Below, piece after piece: positions 42,697-52,043 of a stretch of 64,000 bases of DNA (positions within the stretch are counted from its first letter, which is position 1; every line of letters starts with the position of its first letter). Location of the stretch: IMG/VR virus record IMGVR_UViG_3300027963_005443; one strand, 5' to 3'. The notes beneath the pieces are model-generated. The model had not been told where the DNA came from. It searched no databases and worked only from the letters and a program-made list of their open reading frames with translations. The DNA is from a virus. The position numbers were made by a program, and so were the translations under genes.

Positions 42697-45600
42697 ATGA
42701 GTAATAAAGCTAAACATCAATATACGTTAAATCTTGGAAATTGCACCGGTACATTCATTTTAAATTATGATGCATCAAATCCACCTAACGTAGCATCAGT
42801 TCCTGTAAGATTCACAGTAGAGTGGAACGGAAAAATAACAACCTCTGGTTTTGTGGGAGATCATGCACATGACCTACAATTATCTGCTCTTGGATTCCCT
42901 GCGGTCAACTCATCACCAAGAGACAATCCAGTTGGATCTTTTACGATAAATAAAAATTTGTCTTCACCTCCAACAGCAACACTAACAGTTGATTCACCTT
43001 TGTCTGGGGCTATTTGGACTTTTGGACTTAGTTGCAACTTAACAGTTTGTCCAACAACTACAACGACCACGACTACAACGACCACGACTACAACGACCAC
43101 GACTACAGCAGCACCGGGCACTACAGCAGCACCGGGCACTACAGCAGCACCGGGCACTACAGCAGCACCGGGCACTACAGCAGCACCGGGAACCCCGTGC
43201 GTTAATTGTGGAGGAGCAGGTGCTCATGGTGCCGGTCCTGGGGTCGGAGGAGGTGGGGGTGCGGGTGGTGCGGGAGGTGGTGCGGGAGGTGGTGCAGGTG
43301 CGGGTGCAGGAGGCGGTGGTGCGGGTGCAGGAGGCGGTGGTGCAGGTGCAGGAGGAGGTGGTGGTGCTGCAAGAGGTATTCCTCAATACCACCTTTATTC
43401 TTGGGGCGCAAATAGCTCCAGCCAAATTGGAGATGGAACTCTATCAGATAAATTAACGCCCATAAACATAGGATCCTACTCGGCAAGTAGCTACACAGTT
43501 TCTACTGGATATAGTCATTCCATGATACTTGTAGATAATGAACTATACATGTGGGGAAGCAACGTAAAAGGTCAACTTGGAAATAATACGAATATTGACC
43601 TTTTAACTCCCTCCAGAACCGGATTGATTTTATCCTCTAATTCGGCAACTCCTTGGACAGCAGCTTCAACTTCTGCTCCTATAAAAATTAAATTTGAAAA
43701 CGGAAAGTTTGTCGGTATTAACGGAAAAACATCTAACGATACCGGCGCTAGCTGGGCGAGTAGTTCGGTGACCATGAGCAATACACCAGTGTTTGGAAAT
43801 GGGACCTGGGTTGCGTGGAACTATTATTATAGTAGAGGACTATACTCAGAGACATCAGAGGTCCGTCCGTATACAAGTCCAGATGGAACCAATTGGTCTC
43901 AACAGACCTCCTTGCCATACACAATAGATACCGGATCCTTGTCCATAGGAAAGCCCACTAATAGTCACTACTTACCAGGTGTGCAACCTATATCTTTTGT
44001 CAATGGAAAGTTTTTTGGATTCATTGGAACTAAAGGCAAAGGATCTCCAAAAAATGTAATCCCATTATATTCCACAGACGGCGACACATACGACAGAGGA
44101 ACAACATCTGGGTTGGTCTATGTTGACCAGTGGAACGGAGCAACAGCATATGCAGACCTATGCGAAGTAAGAGGAATAGCCAACAGCCCGCCTTTGCTTG
44201 GCGGCATTGGTGGCCCAACCATGTCAGTAGCAGTTGGTCGTGGATTGAATGGGAATTTAGCTAATTCATCGATAAAAACCAGTAAGTGCATACGCTCAAC
44301 AGATCAAATTAATTGGACCGCAACTACACTGCCTTTTGCAGCAATGTGGAATGGGATAGCTTATGGAAATGGAAGATTTGTGGCGGTTTGTGATGGTGCC
44401 GATGCTGCAACTAGCACAGATGGAATTAATTGGGTGACTATTAAAATGCCATCTACATTAAACTGGACAGACATTGCTTTTGGAAATGGTATTTGGGTAG
44501 CAGTTGGAGGACCGTCTTCTGTGGTGGCTGTTTCTAAGGATGGTGTAAATTGGAGTAAGGTCACTACTCTGCCTGTTTCGGCCACCTGGTCTGGTGTCGC
44601 CTATGGCAACAATAAATTCCTCATAACTAGCACAAAAGGCGTTTCACTAATCGCTGATTCATTCACAGTCAGTTCTAATTTAAGACCGGGCGATTTCAAA
44701 TACGCAACACTTGGAAAAAGACACTCTGTAGGTATAAGTCCGGCAGGATTTATGTATACTTGGGGAGATAATTCATACGGTCAATTGGGAGATGGAACTA
44801 ATGTAGATAAAAAAATACCCACAAAAATAACAAGTGTAAACAATGGATCTAGTATAAAGAGTGCCCCAGCGTGGTCATATGTGGCGGCAAGTAATCATAA
44901 TTTAGCAATAACTAAATCAGGAGCTTTATATGCTTGGGGAAATAATAACAACGGTCAATTAAGCAGTGGGGTGACCGTTACAACCACAACAGGTTCACCA
45001 ATCACAACAACAGTCGCACCGGCTTATTTGTCCGTGCCGTTATTAATAGATTCGGGCAAATGGTATGATGTAGATGTTGGTAATAGCCATTCTATGGGAT
45101 TGAAATGGGATGCAAGCCAAACAAATTTAGAACTATACACATGGGGATCTAATCAATACGGACAATTAGGAGATGGAACAAACAACTCTAGTTCGGATCT
45201 TTTAAGGGTTCCCGATCCCCCGGGCTCTACTTGGGCAGCAATAGCCTGCGGTACAAATCACTCAATGGCATTAGATGCCAACGGACAGTTATACACATGG
45301 GGAAGGAATAATCATGGCCAATTAGGAGATGGAACAATTATTGATAAAAATTCTCCGGTATCACCAGCAAGCTCTATAATATTTAATTTAATAGATGGTG
45401 GCGGAGATAAGTCAATAGCGGCAGATGAATTTAAAAATCTATATTCTTGGGGAGAAAATTCTTCAGGAGAATTAGGCTATAACACATTGGTTGACAATAA
45501 AAATATAGTAAAAAATACTTATCTGGAGAATATTTTAGAAGTATCAATAGGAGATCATCATTCAATTGCACTATCTATAGATCCGCCAAAAGTTATAAAT

Positions 45601-48201
45601 AACAGCATATGGGCAAATGCATCGTCTTCTGCTCCTGTGCGGGTTGCATTTGAGGATGGACAATTTACGGGCAACGACATCAGAATGTCTTATGATGGAG
45701 GATTTAATTGGCAAACAACTGATATAGATTTTAGCTATGCACATAATTTCACTACACCGGTATTTGGAGGAGGAACTTGGGTAACATGGAAACATTTTTA
45801 TGTCAGTGGATCCACAATATATAATAACGCAGTACTAACTTCAGAAATCTCAGAAATCAGGCCCTACACAAGTCCGGATGGCATTAATTGGTCGCAACAA
45901 ACTACCCTATCTTATAAACTAAATAATGGTTATCCATCGATCTCAACACCATCTAATTCTCACTCTGCGGCCGGTGTTCAAACAATGTCGTTTATCAATG
46001 GAAAGTTTTTTGGTTTTATCGGGACTAGGGGTAAGGGGTCTCCAAAAAATGTAAAAGTATCATATTCCACAAATGGAGATACGTGGACACAAGGATCTGT
46101 AACAGGTTTAAACTATGTTGATCAGTGGAATGGAGCAACAGCATATGCAGATCTATGTGAAATCAGAGGTATAGCTAATAGCCCAACCATGTCAGTAGCA
46201 GTTGGCCGTGGATTAAGTGGAAATTTAACAACATCTCCAATCACAACCAATAAGTGCATACGCTCAACAGATCAAATTAATTGGGCCGCAACTACGTTGC
46301 CTTTTGCAGCGGTGTGGAATGGAGTAGCTTATGGCGATGGAAGATTTGTTGCTGTGTGTGATGGATCAAGAGCCGCTACCAGCACAGATGGAATTAATTG
46401 GACTTCTATTAATATGCCATCAACTTTAAATTGGACTAGTGTTGCATATGGAAATGGGAAATGGATCGCAGTTGGAGGACCATCTTCGGTGGCCGCTACA
46501 TCGACAAATGGAATAAATTGGACAAAAATTACATTGCCAATATCTGCTGTTTGGTCTAGTGTGGCGTATGGAAATGGAGATTTCCTTATAACTAGTACTA
46601 CCGGAACATCTTTGAGAGGATTGACTAGCCCCACAACAACAATTTCCCCTGCATCGAGAGCGGGAATAGCTCCTCGTGTTCCTACTGGACCACTACCTTG
46701 TTGTCCCTCCGGTGCTCCGAATACTTCCGGAGAGACTCATTTACACAATATTGGAAAAAGTTGGGCCTCGCCGCTCTCTCCTGTAGTATGGGACGACAAT
46801 GTGGTTGGACCCTACTGGATGATTGAGTGGTATGAGGTTGACAGTAACGATGGGGTGCACGCCTGGATTTCTAAAAGAGAGGCCGTGTGTCTATTTCCGG
46901 GGACAAACAGAATAGATGGTGTAGTAAGAGTAGGATCGCCTAAAGGATGCACGTTAAGTGCAACTGTAAACAAAACATGGAAACCAGATATAAGTTGCAA
47001 CCCACTTTGCACAGAAACCGAAACGGGCATGGGTCTTAAGGCAAACTTCAATTATAATGTCATTAAAAATCTTAAAGGATTTGGAGGAATGCATTGGGTA
47101 AACACACAATATGTAGCAAGTCTAAATAATATTAGTTTCCCAACCAATGGGATTATAGGACCGCTCGGCGCAGGAGCTAGTGTTTGTGGATCAAGCTGCG
47201 CCTACAGAGTATATGATAATAATTACATGGGTGCGCTTGATGGTTTTACCTTGGGATTAATGAACAACCAACCAGGATCAATGACTGCAGAAGCTAGTAA
47301 TGTAATTGGTAACCTTGCCTGTTTACAGACTAGGCTAAGCGGAAAAACATGTGGAGGCCAACCAAAAATAAATTTTCATCTAAGCAAAGAAGATAAAAAA
47401 TATAGAGAATCTTTATATCCGGTAGCAGCTACAAACAACCGTGATGATGATCCACCTTGCTGCTCTGCTGATGATATGGTGCGTGGGTCAGAGGAATGCG
47501 GTGGAGGGGAAGGGCCCACATTAGACCCGCCAACTGAGTGTCCGGATACACCTTGTGCTTGCCATTACACAACAGACGGCAATCCCGACTGCACTATGTT
47601 GGCTCCAGGGGATCTATCTACATGTAGTTTAATTTATAATGGAATTCTCACCTGTGATTGCTCTGGGAGCTGTAACCCAGATGATCCACCTCCTACATAT
47701 AGTTGGTGGAGGTGCACAGGCGATGGGAATTGCTGTCAGGCTGGGGTCGATGATGGATGTGAACCATGCGACAACAACGATGAAGATTGCTATGGCGGAT
47801 ATGGGGCAAATTCTTCATGCAATAATAATTGCAATAATGAAACCACTCCCCCGCCGCCGACTGATGGTTGGTGGAGATGCACAGGCGATGGAAGTTGCTG
47901 CCATGCCGGGGTCGACAACGGCTGCGCTGCTTGTAATGATCAAGATTTGGATTGCTATAGCGGAAATTCAGCGCAGAGTGATTGCAGCAGAAATTGCGAT
48001 CAACCAACAACTACACCATCTCCACCACCTCCGCCTGATAATTGTACTGTTGAAAATTGTGGAGGGAATCCTTGCTCCAGCCCCTCAGATAAATGCTGCG
48101 GAGACAATGCTGGTAACTGTAGTTGTTGCTCAGAAATTACTTGGGTTTGTTGCCCAGATCAAATATATTGCGCAGCATCACTAGGAGATTGTCCTCCTTA
48201 G
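42697..48201 (+). CDS. 1834-aa modular protein: N-domain, Gly tract, 7 RCC1 repeats interrupted by a propeller, duplicated propeller, Cys-rich tail ending in the 12-Cys module
   Basis: 7 LY.WG.N..GQLG repeats; W....LP....W.GIAYGNGRFVAV repeats in two copies; C-terminal WVCCPDQIYCAASLGDCPP. Confidence 0.85.
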   Translation: MSNKAKHQYTLNLGNCTGTFILNYDASNPPNVASVPVRFTVEWNGKITTSGFVGDHAHDLQLSALGFPAVNSSPRDNPVGSFTINKNLSSPPTATLTVDSPLSGAIWTFGLSCNLTVCPTTTTTTTTTTTTTTTTTTAAPGTTAAPGTTAAPGTTAAPGTTAAPGTPCVNCGGAGAHGAGPGVGGGGGAGGAGGGAGGGAGAGAGGGGAGAGGGGAGAGGGGGAARGIPQYHLYSWGANSSSQIGDGTLSDKLTPINIGSYSASSYTVSTGYSHSMILVDNELYMWGSNVKGQLGNNTNIDLLTPSRTGLILSSNSATPWTAASTSAPIKIKFENGKFVGINGKTSNDTGASWASSSVTMSNTPVFGNGTWVAWNYYYSRGLYSETSEVRPYTSPDGTNWSQQTSLPYTIDTGSLSIGKPTNSHYLPGVQPISFVNGKFFGFIGTKGKGSPKNVIPLYSTDGDTYDRGTTSGLVYVDQWNGATAYADLCEVRGIANSPPLLGGIGGPTMSVAVGRGLNGNLANSSIKTSKCIRSTDQINWTATTLPFAAMWNGIAYGNGRFVAVCDGADAATSTDGINWVTIKMPSTLNWTDIAFGNGIWVAVGGPSSVVAVSKDGVNWSKVTTLPVSATWSGVAYGNNKFLITSTKGVSLIADSFTVSSNLRPGDFKYATLGKRHSVGISPAGFMYTWGDNSYGQLGDGTNVDKKIPTKITSVNNGSSIKSAPAWSYVAASNHNLAITKSGALYAWGNNNNGQLSSGVTVTTTTGSPITTTVAPAYLSVPLLIDSGKWYDVDVGNSHSMGLKWDASQTNLELYTWGSNQYGQLGDGTNNSSSDLLRVPDPPGSTWAAIACGTNHSMALDANGQLYTWGRNNHGQLGDGTIIDKNSPVSPASSIIFNLIDGGGDKSIAADEFKNLYSWGENSSGELGYNTLVDNKNIVKNTYLENILEVSIGDHHSIALSIDPPKVINNSIWANASSSAPVRVAFEDGQFTGNDIRMSYDGGFNWQTTDIDFSYAHNFTTPVFGGGTWVTWKHFYVSGSTIYNNAVLTSEISEIRPYTSPDGINWSQQTTLSYKLNNGYPSISTPSNSHSAAGVQTMSFINGKFFGFIGTRGKGSPKNVKVSYSTNGDTWTQGSVTGLNYVDQWNGATAYADLCEIRGIANSPTMSVAVGRGLSGNLTTSPITTNKCIRSTDQINWAATTLPFAAVWNGVAYGDGRFVAVCDGSRAATSTDGINWTSINMPSTLNWTSVAYGNGKWIAVGGPSSVAATSTNGINWTKITLPISAVWSSVAYGNGDFLITSTTGTSLRGLTSPTTTISPASRAGIAPRVPTGPLPCCPSGAPNTSGETHLHNIGKSWASPLSPVVWDDNVVGPYWMIEWYEVDSNDGVHAWISKREAVCLFPGTNRIDGVVRVGSPKGCTLSATVNKTWKPDISCNPLCTETETGMGLKANFNYNVIKNLKGFGGMHWVNTQYVASLNNISFPTNGIIGPLGAGASVCGSSCAYRVYDNNYMGALDGFTLGLMNNQPGSMTAEASNVIGNLACLQTRLSGKTCGGQPKINFHLSKEDKKYRESLYPVAATNNRDDDPPCCSADDMVRGSEECGGGEGPTLDPPTECPDTPCACHYTTDGNPDCTMLAPGDLSTCSLIYNGILTCDCSGSCNPDDPPPTYSWWRCTGDGNCCQAGVDDGCEPCDNNDEDCYGGYGANSSCNNNCNNETTPPPPTDGWWRCTGDGSCCHAGVDNGCAACNDQDLDCYSGNSAQSDCSRNCDQPTTTPSPPPPPDNCTVENCGGNPCSSPSDKCCGDNAGNCSCCSEITWVCCPDQIYCAASLGDCPP

Positions 48202-48231
48202 TTTTATCTTGGCGAGATCTTTTAAAAATGC

Positions 48232-49158
48232 TTATTGATCATTAATCTTTTTATTTATTTTTAAATCATAAACACAAGCACAAGTGGTCTTTCTACAAAT
48301 CAAACCACTCTGCAGCAACTTTATTCTTAAATTTTTATTATGAGATAAGTTCCCAAAAATTTTCTCTCTGCATTGTGCGCCTGTGACCTCTCCATCCCAT
48401 TTGATAGCCAAACTACTCATTCCGGCATCACAGATATAACCAGATAAATGATTAAGTTTATTTGATATAATTTTTTGACCATCAAAACGCTCTTTTTCTC
48501 CATTGGAATAAGAAACGATAATATCTGTAGATACTTCTTTGGTGGTATTTCTCGTTAAAAAATCTAGCTGTTCTTGAGAATAGTCGACATAGTAAATTGA
48601 TCTGGAGCTGGAGTGTTTGTCGAGTATACCTTTATATACAACTCTTATATTTTGCGACTCAAAATATTCAGCAGCCTCGATCGCTCTACTCCAGTAATCT
48701 TTATCCATCAATATATTTAAAAAAAATTTATGATTATTATTTTTAAATATATTGATAACCTCTGTGACGTGTCTATAATTTCCGTATCTTGGGTGAAAAC
48801 TTAGACATAAAGTATCGATATTAGAAAAATTTTTATTCCAAAAATCTAATTTTGCACTACCATTTGTAATTATTGAATTTTCAAAATTATTCTCTTTAAA
48901 AAATTTTAATAAATTTTCTATTTTTGGATATATGCTAGGTTCACCGCCAGTAAAACTAACCTCTCGTCTAGGATAATTAAATATCTGTGGATTATCGCTA
49001 AAGAGATTAGAAAAAAAATTTATATAATCTTCATCTGATATTTTTTGTTGAGAGCCATCTTTTAGTCTTGATGGGCAATATGAGCAATTATAATTACATA
49101 AATTAAAAACAATTAAATTTATTGTAAATGAATTATTCTCTATACTGGTTATTCTCAT
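48232..49158 (-). CDS. radical SAM protein with C-terminal Cys cluster
   Basis: CNYNCSYC (CxxxCxxC), SFTGGEP, ITNGS; C-terminal CDAG...DGEV..AQC...C...C.CVYD. Confidence 0.88.
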   Translation of the reverse strand: MRITSIENNSFTINLIVFNLCNYNCSYCPSRLKDGSQQKISDEDYINFFSNLFSDNPQIFNYPRREVSFTGGEPSIYPKIENLLKFFKENNFENSIITNGSAKLDFWNKNFSNIDTLCLSFHPRYGNYRHVTEVINIFKNNNHKFFLNILMDKDYWSRAIEAAEYFESQNIRVVYKGILDKHSSSRSIYYVDYSQEQLDFLTRNTTKEVSTDIIVSYSNGEKERFDGQKIISNKLNHLSGYICDAGMSSLAIKWDGEVTGAQCREKIFGNLSHNKNLRIKLLQSGLICRKTTCACVYDLKINKKINDQ

Positions 49159-49159
49159 T

Positions 49160-49783
49160 TCAAATAATAGAAATTTTTCTATCAGCCAATCTAGCAGGGA
49201 TATAGTAATTTATTTTACCATAATTTTCTTTGTAATTCTTTTTAAACCAAGCCTCAACTCCATTAGTGCTGGTTTTTAATTTTTTGTTCCATATCTTTTT
49301 ATCTAAAAGATCATTATAAATTTTACTATTGAAGTAGCCCCACTGTTCTTCTTCAGGGAACCATTCTCTTTCGGCTTCATCTATAAGATCTAGTATCTTG
49401 TCTGTGCTTGTGATACTAACATGACTATACTCTTTTTGCTCATTCATTGAAGCTACAAAATAGAGTTTATTCTTTTTTGCTTTCAACGACTTATAATCTC
49501 TTCCTATCGTTGATTCTTCGTATCCTCGAAATGGCTGGAATCTACAAATTGGAATATCTTGCCACTTATCTTTTCTAAGTTTGAATTGAATTGGCACGTC
49601 CGTATCTTCTTCGTAATTTATAATATAGTCAGTGCCGTCTATATCTACCTGCTTAACTGTTTCTCGTGGATTAGAGACTAAATTTCTCTCTAATAATACC
49701 TGTATGATACCTCTGGTTTCTATCCTTGAATTATTTTCTCGATCATTGAAGTGCATGTTATGAAATGACATTAAATTCTCCAT
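49160..49783 (-). CDS. hypothetical protein (possible PD-(D/E)xK-like fold)
   Basis: 207-aa ORF with consensus promoter; DIDGTDYII...PIQFKLR. Confidence 0.6.
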   Translation of the reverse strand: MENLMSFHNMHFNDRENNSRIETRGIIQVLLERNLVSNPRETVKQVDIDGTDYIINYEEDTDVPIQFKLRKDKWQDIPICRFQPFRGYEESTIGRDYKSLKAKKNKLYFVASMNEQKEYSHVSITSTDKILDLIDEAEREWFPEEEQWGYFNSKIYNDLLDKKIWNKKLKTSTNGVEAWFKKNYKENYGKINYYIPARLADRKISII

Positions 49784-49791
49784 TTCAAAAC

Positions 49792-49819
49792 ATTATAATC
49801 ATTTTTATATTACTGTCAA
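49792..49819 (-). promoter_or_regulatory. sigma70 consensus promoter
   Basis: TTGACA-16 bp-TATAAT, 8 nt upstream of ATG 49783. Confidence 0.7.
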
Positions 49820-49820
49820 T

Positions 49821-49976
49821 TCATTTCTGCATTTGTTCTTCAAAAGTATATCTTATTCTATCGCTTCTTCCTTTTTCATAACCTTCGATAAATGCACGTT
49901 TTATAATTGGGTCGTTAATTAAAACCTTTTCTTCTTCCATCCATCTTTCATATTCTATTTCCGCAATTGTTTTCAT
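49821..49976 (-). CDS. small hypothetical protein (51 aa, MKTIAEIEYERW...)
   Basis: Read manually; RAFIEGYEKG motif typical of small phage ORFs. Confidence 0.5.
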   Translation of the reverse strand: MKTIAEIEYERWMEEEKVLINDPIIKRAFIEGYEKGRSDRIRYTFEEQMQK

Positions 49977-50061
49977 AAAATTAATATAGAAATTTACCCT
50001 TGAAAAAAAATCTGAAAACGGGTAAATTTACCCGGAAGAGTAACTTTTTTAGAAAAAACAA

Positions 50062-51051
50062 ATGATTGAATACGTCGATGTTATAGTGGGACTTTGCTGG
50101 GGTGATGAGGGCAAGGGAAAGGTATCCAGTTACCTAAGCAAAGAATATGATATGGTTTGTAGATGGAATGGAGGCCCAAATGCCGGGCATACCGTCTACA
50201 TCAATGACAATAAATATAAAACTCATCTGATACCATCAGGAGTATTTCATAATAAAAAGTCAATTATTGGCCCCAATTGCGTAATCAACACAGAGAAATT
50301 CTTAAAAGAAATAGATTACTTAGAAGAAAATGGGTTCGATACAGGATTTGTGAAGGTACATCCCAATACCCACGTTATTACTGAAAAGCATATAGAATAT
50401 GATTTAAATTTCTTAAAACCAAGATTAGGCACTACTGGTCAGGGCATAGCCCCGTGCTATGCAGATAAAGCAAATAGGATAGGCGTTCTTGCTAAGAAGG
50501 TTTTGGATCCAAAGTATATCTGGGATACAAAGCTAGAAGGTAAAATACTTTGCGAAGGAGCACAAAGTATATGGTTGGATATTAACTACGGTAATTACCC
50601 ATACGTAACCAGCAGCGAAACATTTCCTCATAACAGTTGTAGTCTTGGATTTAGCCCCAAGAAAATAAGAAACATAATTGGTGTTGCCAAAATATATGAT
50701 ACTAAGAGCGGCAAAGATCCAGATTTTCCAGAAATTCTATGGGAAGATCTGGAACTAAATAAAATAATTGAAGCTGGTAAAGAGTTCGGAACAACAACCA
50801 ATAGAAAGAGATTAGTTAATTACCTTAATTTAGACTTACTAATTAAGGCGATTAATCTTTCTGGTACGACTCAGCTTATAATTAATAAGTGTGATATATT
50901 AGAAATGCTTGATATTTATAAACTATTCTATAATAAAGAACTTCATTTTTTCAAAGATTTAAATGAAATGAAATGTCTTATAGAGAATAAGATAAAAGAG
51001 AAAACAGAGAATGTAGAAGTTATTTTTTCCGGAGATACAACAACGATATGA
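50062..51051 (+). CDS. purA: adenylosuccinate synthetase (short form)
   Basis: WGDEGKGKV, GGPNAGHT, GTTGQGIAPCY.DK, EGAQ, YPYVTSS, EFGTTTNRKR, INKCD. Confidence 0.92.
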   Translation: MIEYVDVIVGLCWGDEGKGKVSSYLSKEYDMVCRWNGGPNAGHTVYINDNKYKTHLIPSGVFHNKKSIIGPNCVINTEKFLKEIDYLEENGFDTGFVKVHPNTHVITEKHIEYDLNFLKPRLGTTGQGIAPCYADKANRIGVLAKKVLDPKYIWDTKLEGKILCEGAQSIWLDINYGNYPYVTSSETFPHNSCSLGFSPKKIRNIIGVAKIYDTKSGKDPDFPEILWEDLELNKIIEAGKEFGTTTNRKRLVNYLNLDLLIKAINLSGTTQLIINKCDILEMLDIYKLFYNKELHFFKDLNEMKCLIENKIKEKTENVEVIFSGDTTTI

Positions 51052-51482
51052 ACAAAGAATTAACAGAAAAATTATTCAATGATTTCCCTGAACTTTTCAG
51101 AGGCAAAGATAAACCCAGGCACGAAAGTCTAATGTATTATGGACTTTCACACGATGATGGTTGGTACACAATAGTAAATTCAATGTGTTATGCTATAAAT
51201 AATCATCTTAAAAATCTAAAAAGAATTGGAACTCCTTTAGATTATGAATTTGTACAGATAAAAGAAAAGTTCGGAACTCTCAGGGTCTATGACAATGGGG
51301 GAAACGAACACATAGATGGAATAATAAGTTTGGCAGAAATACTAAGTTCAAAAACATGCGAAGTTTGCGGAACTAATGCAGAACTTAGCGTGAGAGGCCA
51401 TGGAGGAACTTGGTATAAAACCTTATGTCAAAAACATAGAGAAGAATTAGAATATAAGGTTTACAAGGGATTGATGAAGTAG
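51048..51482 (+). CDS. conserved hypothetical phage protein
   Basis: DGWY.I...QIKEKFGTLRVY...S.KTCEVCG...WYKTLC..H pattern common in large phages. Confidence 0.7.
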   Translation: MNKELTEKLFNDFPELFRGKDKPRHESLMYYGLSHDDGWYTIVNSMCYAINNHLKNLKRIGTPLDYEFVQIKEKFGTLRVYDNGGNEHIDGIISLAEILSSKTCEVCGTNAELSVRGHGGTWYKTLCQKHREELEYKVYKGLMK

Positions 51483-51519
51483 ATTCTTGTTGAGTTTTTA
51501 ATACATAACTCATATAAAC

Positions 51520-51882
51520 ATGGAATGGAATAGTGAAAAATTTGATAAACTGACCGAAATAATATACCGAAGCTTTAGTCATAATAAAGTTGATGAGTGG
51601 AAAAAGTTTAAAAAAGAAAATCAAGTAAGGGCTGGGACGCCAAAAGCCATAGAAGTATATGATAATCCAAGATTTGACATACCATTAAGTTTCAATTATA
51701 TCGCCTATTTATTTCCTCATCACGATAAAGAGAATAATGTTGTGATAATAAGAAACCCTTTCTATTGCACAACAACACCTCCGCCCTTTATAAAGTTAAG
51801 CATTATAGCAGATGATTTTGAGTTTTTAGAGATAGATGAAGAAAGGGCAAGAAAATTACTTTTACTTGGGAGTTTTAGATGA
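51520..51882 (+). CDS. hypothetical protein
   Basis: 120-aa ORF in operon. Confidence 0.65.
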   Translation: MEWNSEKFDKLTEIIYRSFSHNKVDEWKKFKKENQVRAGTPKAIEVYDNPRFDIPLSFNYIAYLFPHHDKENNVVIIRNPFYCTTTPPPFIKLSIIADDFEFLEIDEERARKLLLLGSFR

Positions 51883-52043
51883 ATAGAACTAAAGTTTACA
51901 AGATTTACGTCGATAGAGAACCCGTTGATGACATAATTGCTAAAAATTATGAAGAAGCATACTTTGAAGCAAGAAGATTATATCCAACTAATTATCTTAG
52001 AATATTTCAGGACTTCCCCTATGTGAATGCTCCCGCCCCCTAA
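51879..52043 (+). CDS. small hypothetical protein (54 aa) whose last codons lie inside an IS right end
   Basis: ATGA overlap; MNRTKVYKIYVD...FPYVNAPAP*; read manually. Confidence 0.5.
   Translation: MNRTKVYKIYVDREPVDDIIAKNYEEAYFEARRLYPTNYLRIFQDFPYVNAPAP

Noticed and set aside
50062-51051. PurZ (2-aminoadenine genome)
   Set aside because: Retains GDEGKG with the catalytic Asp of PurA rather than the Ser of PurZ, and the TTxR aspartate-binding loop; no dATPase/MazZ neighbours
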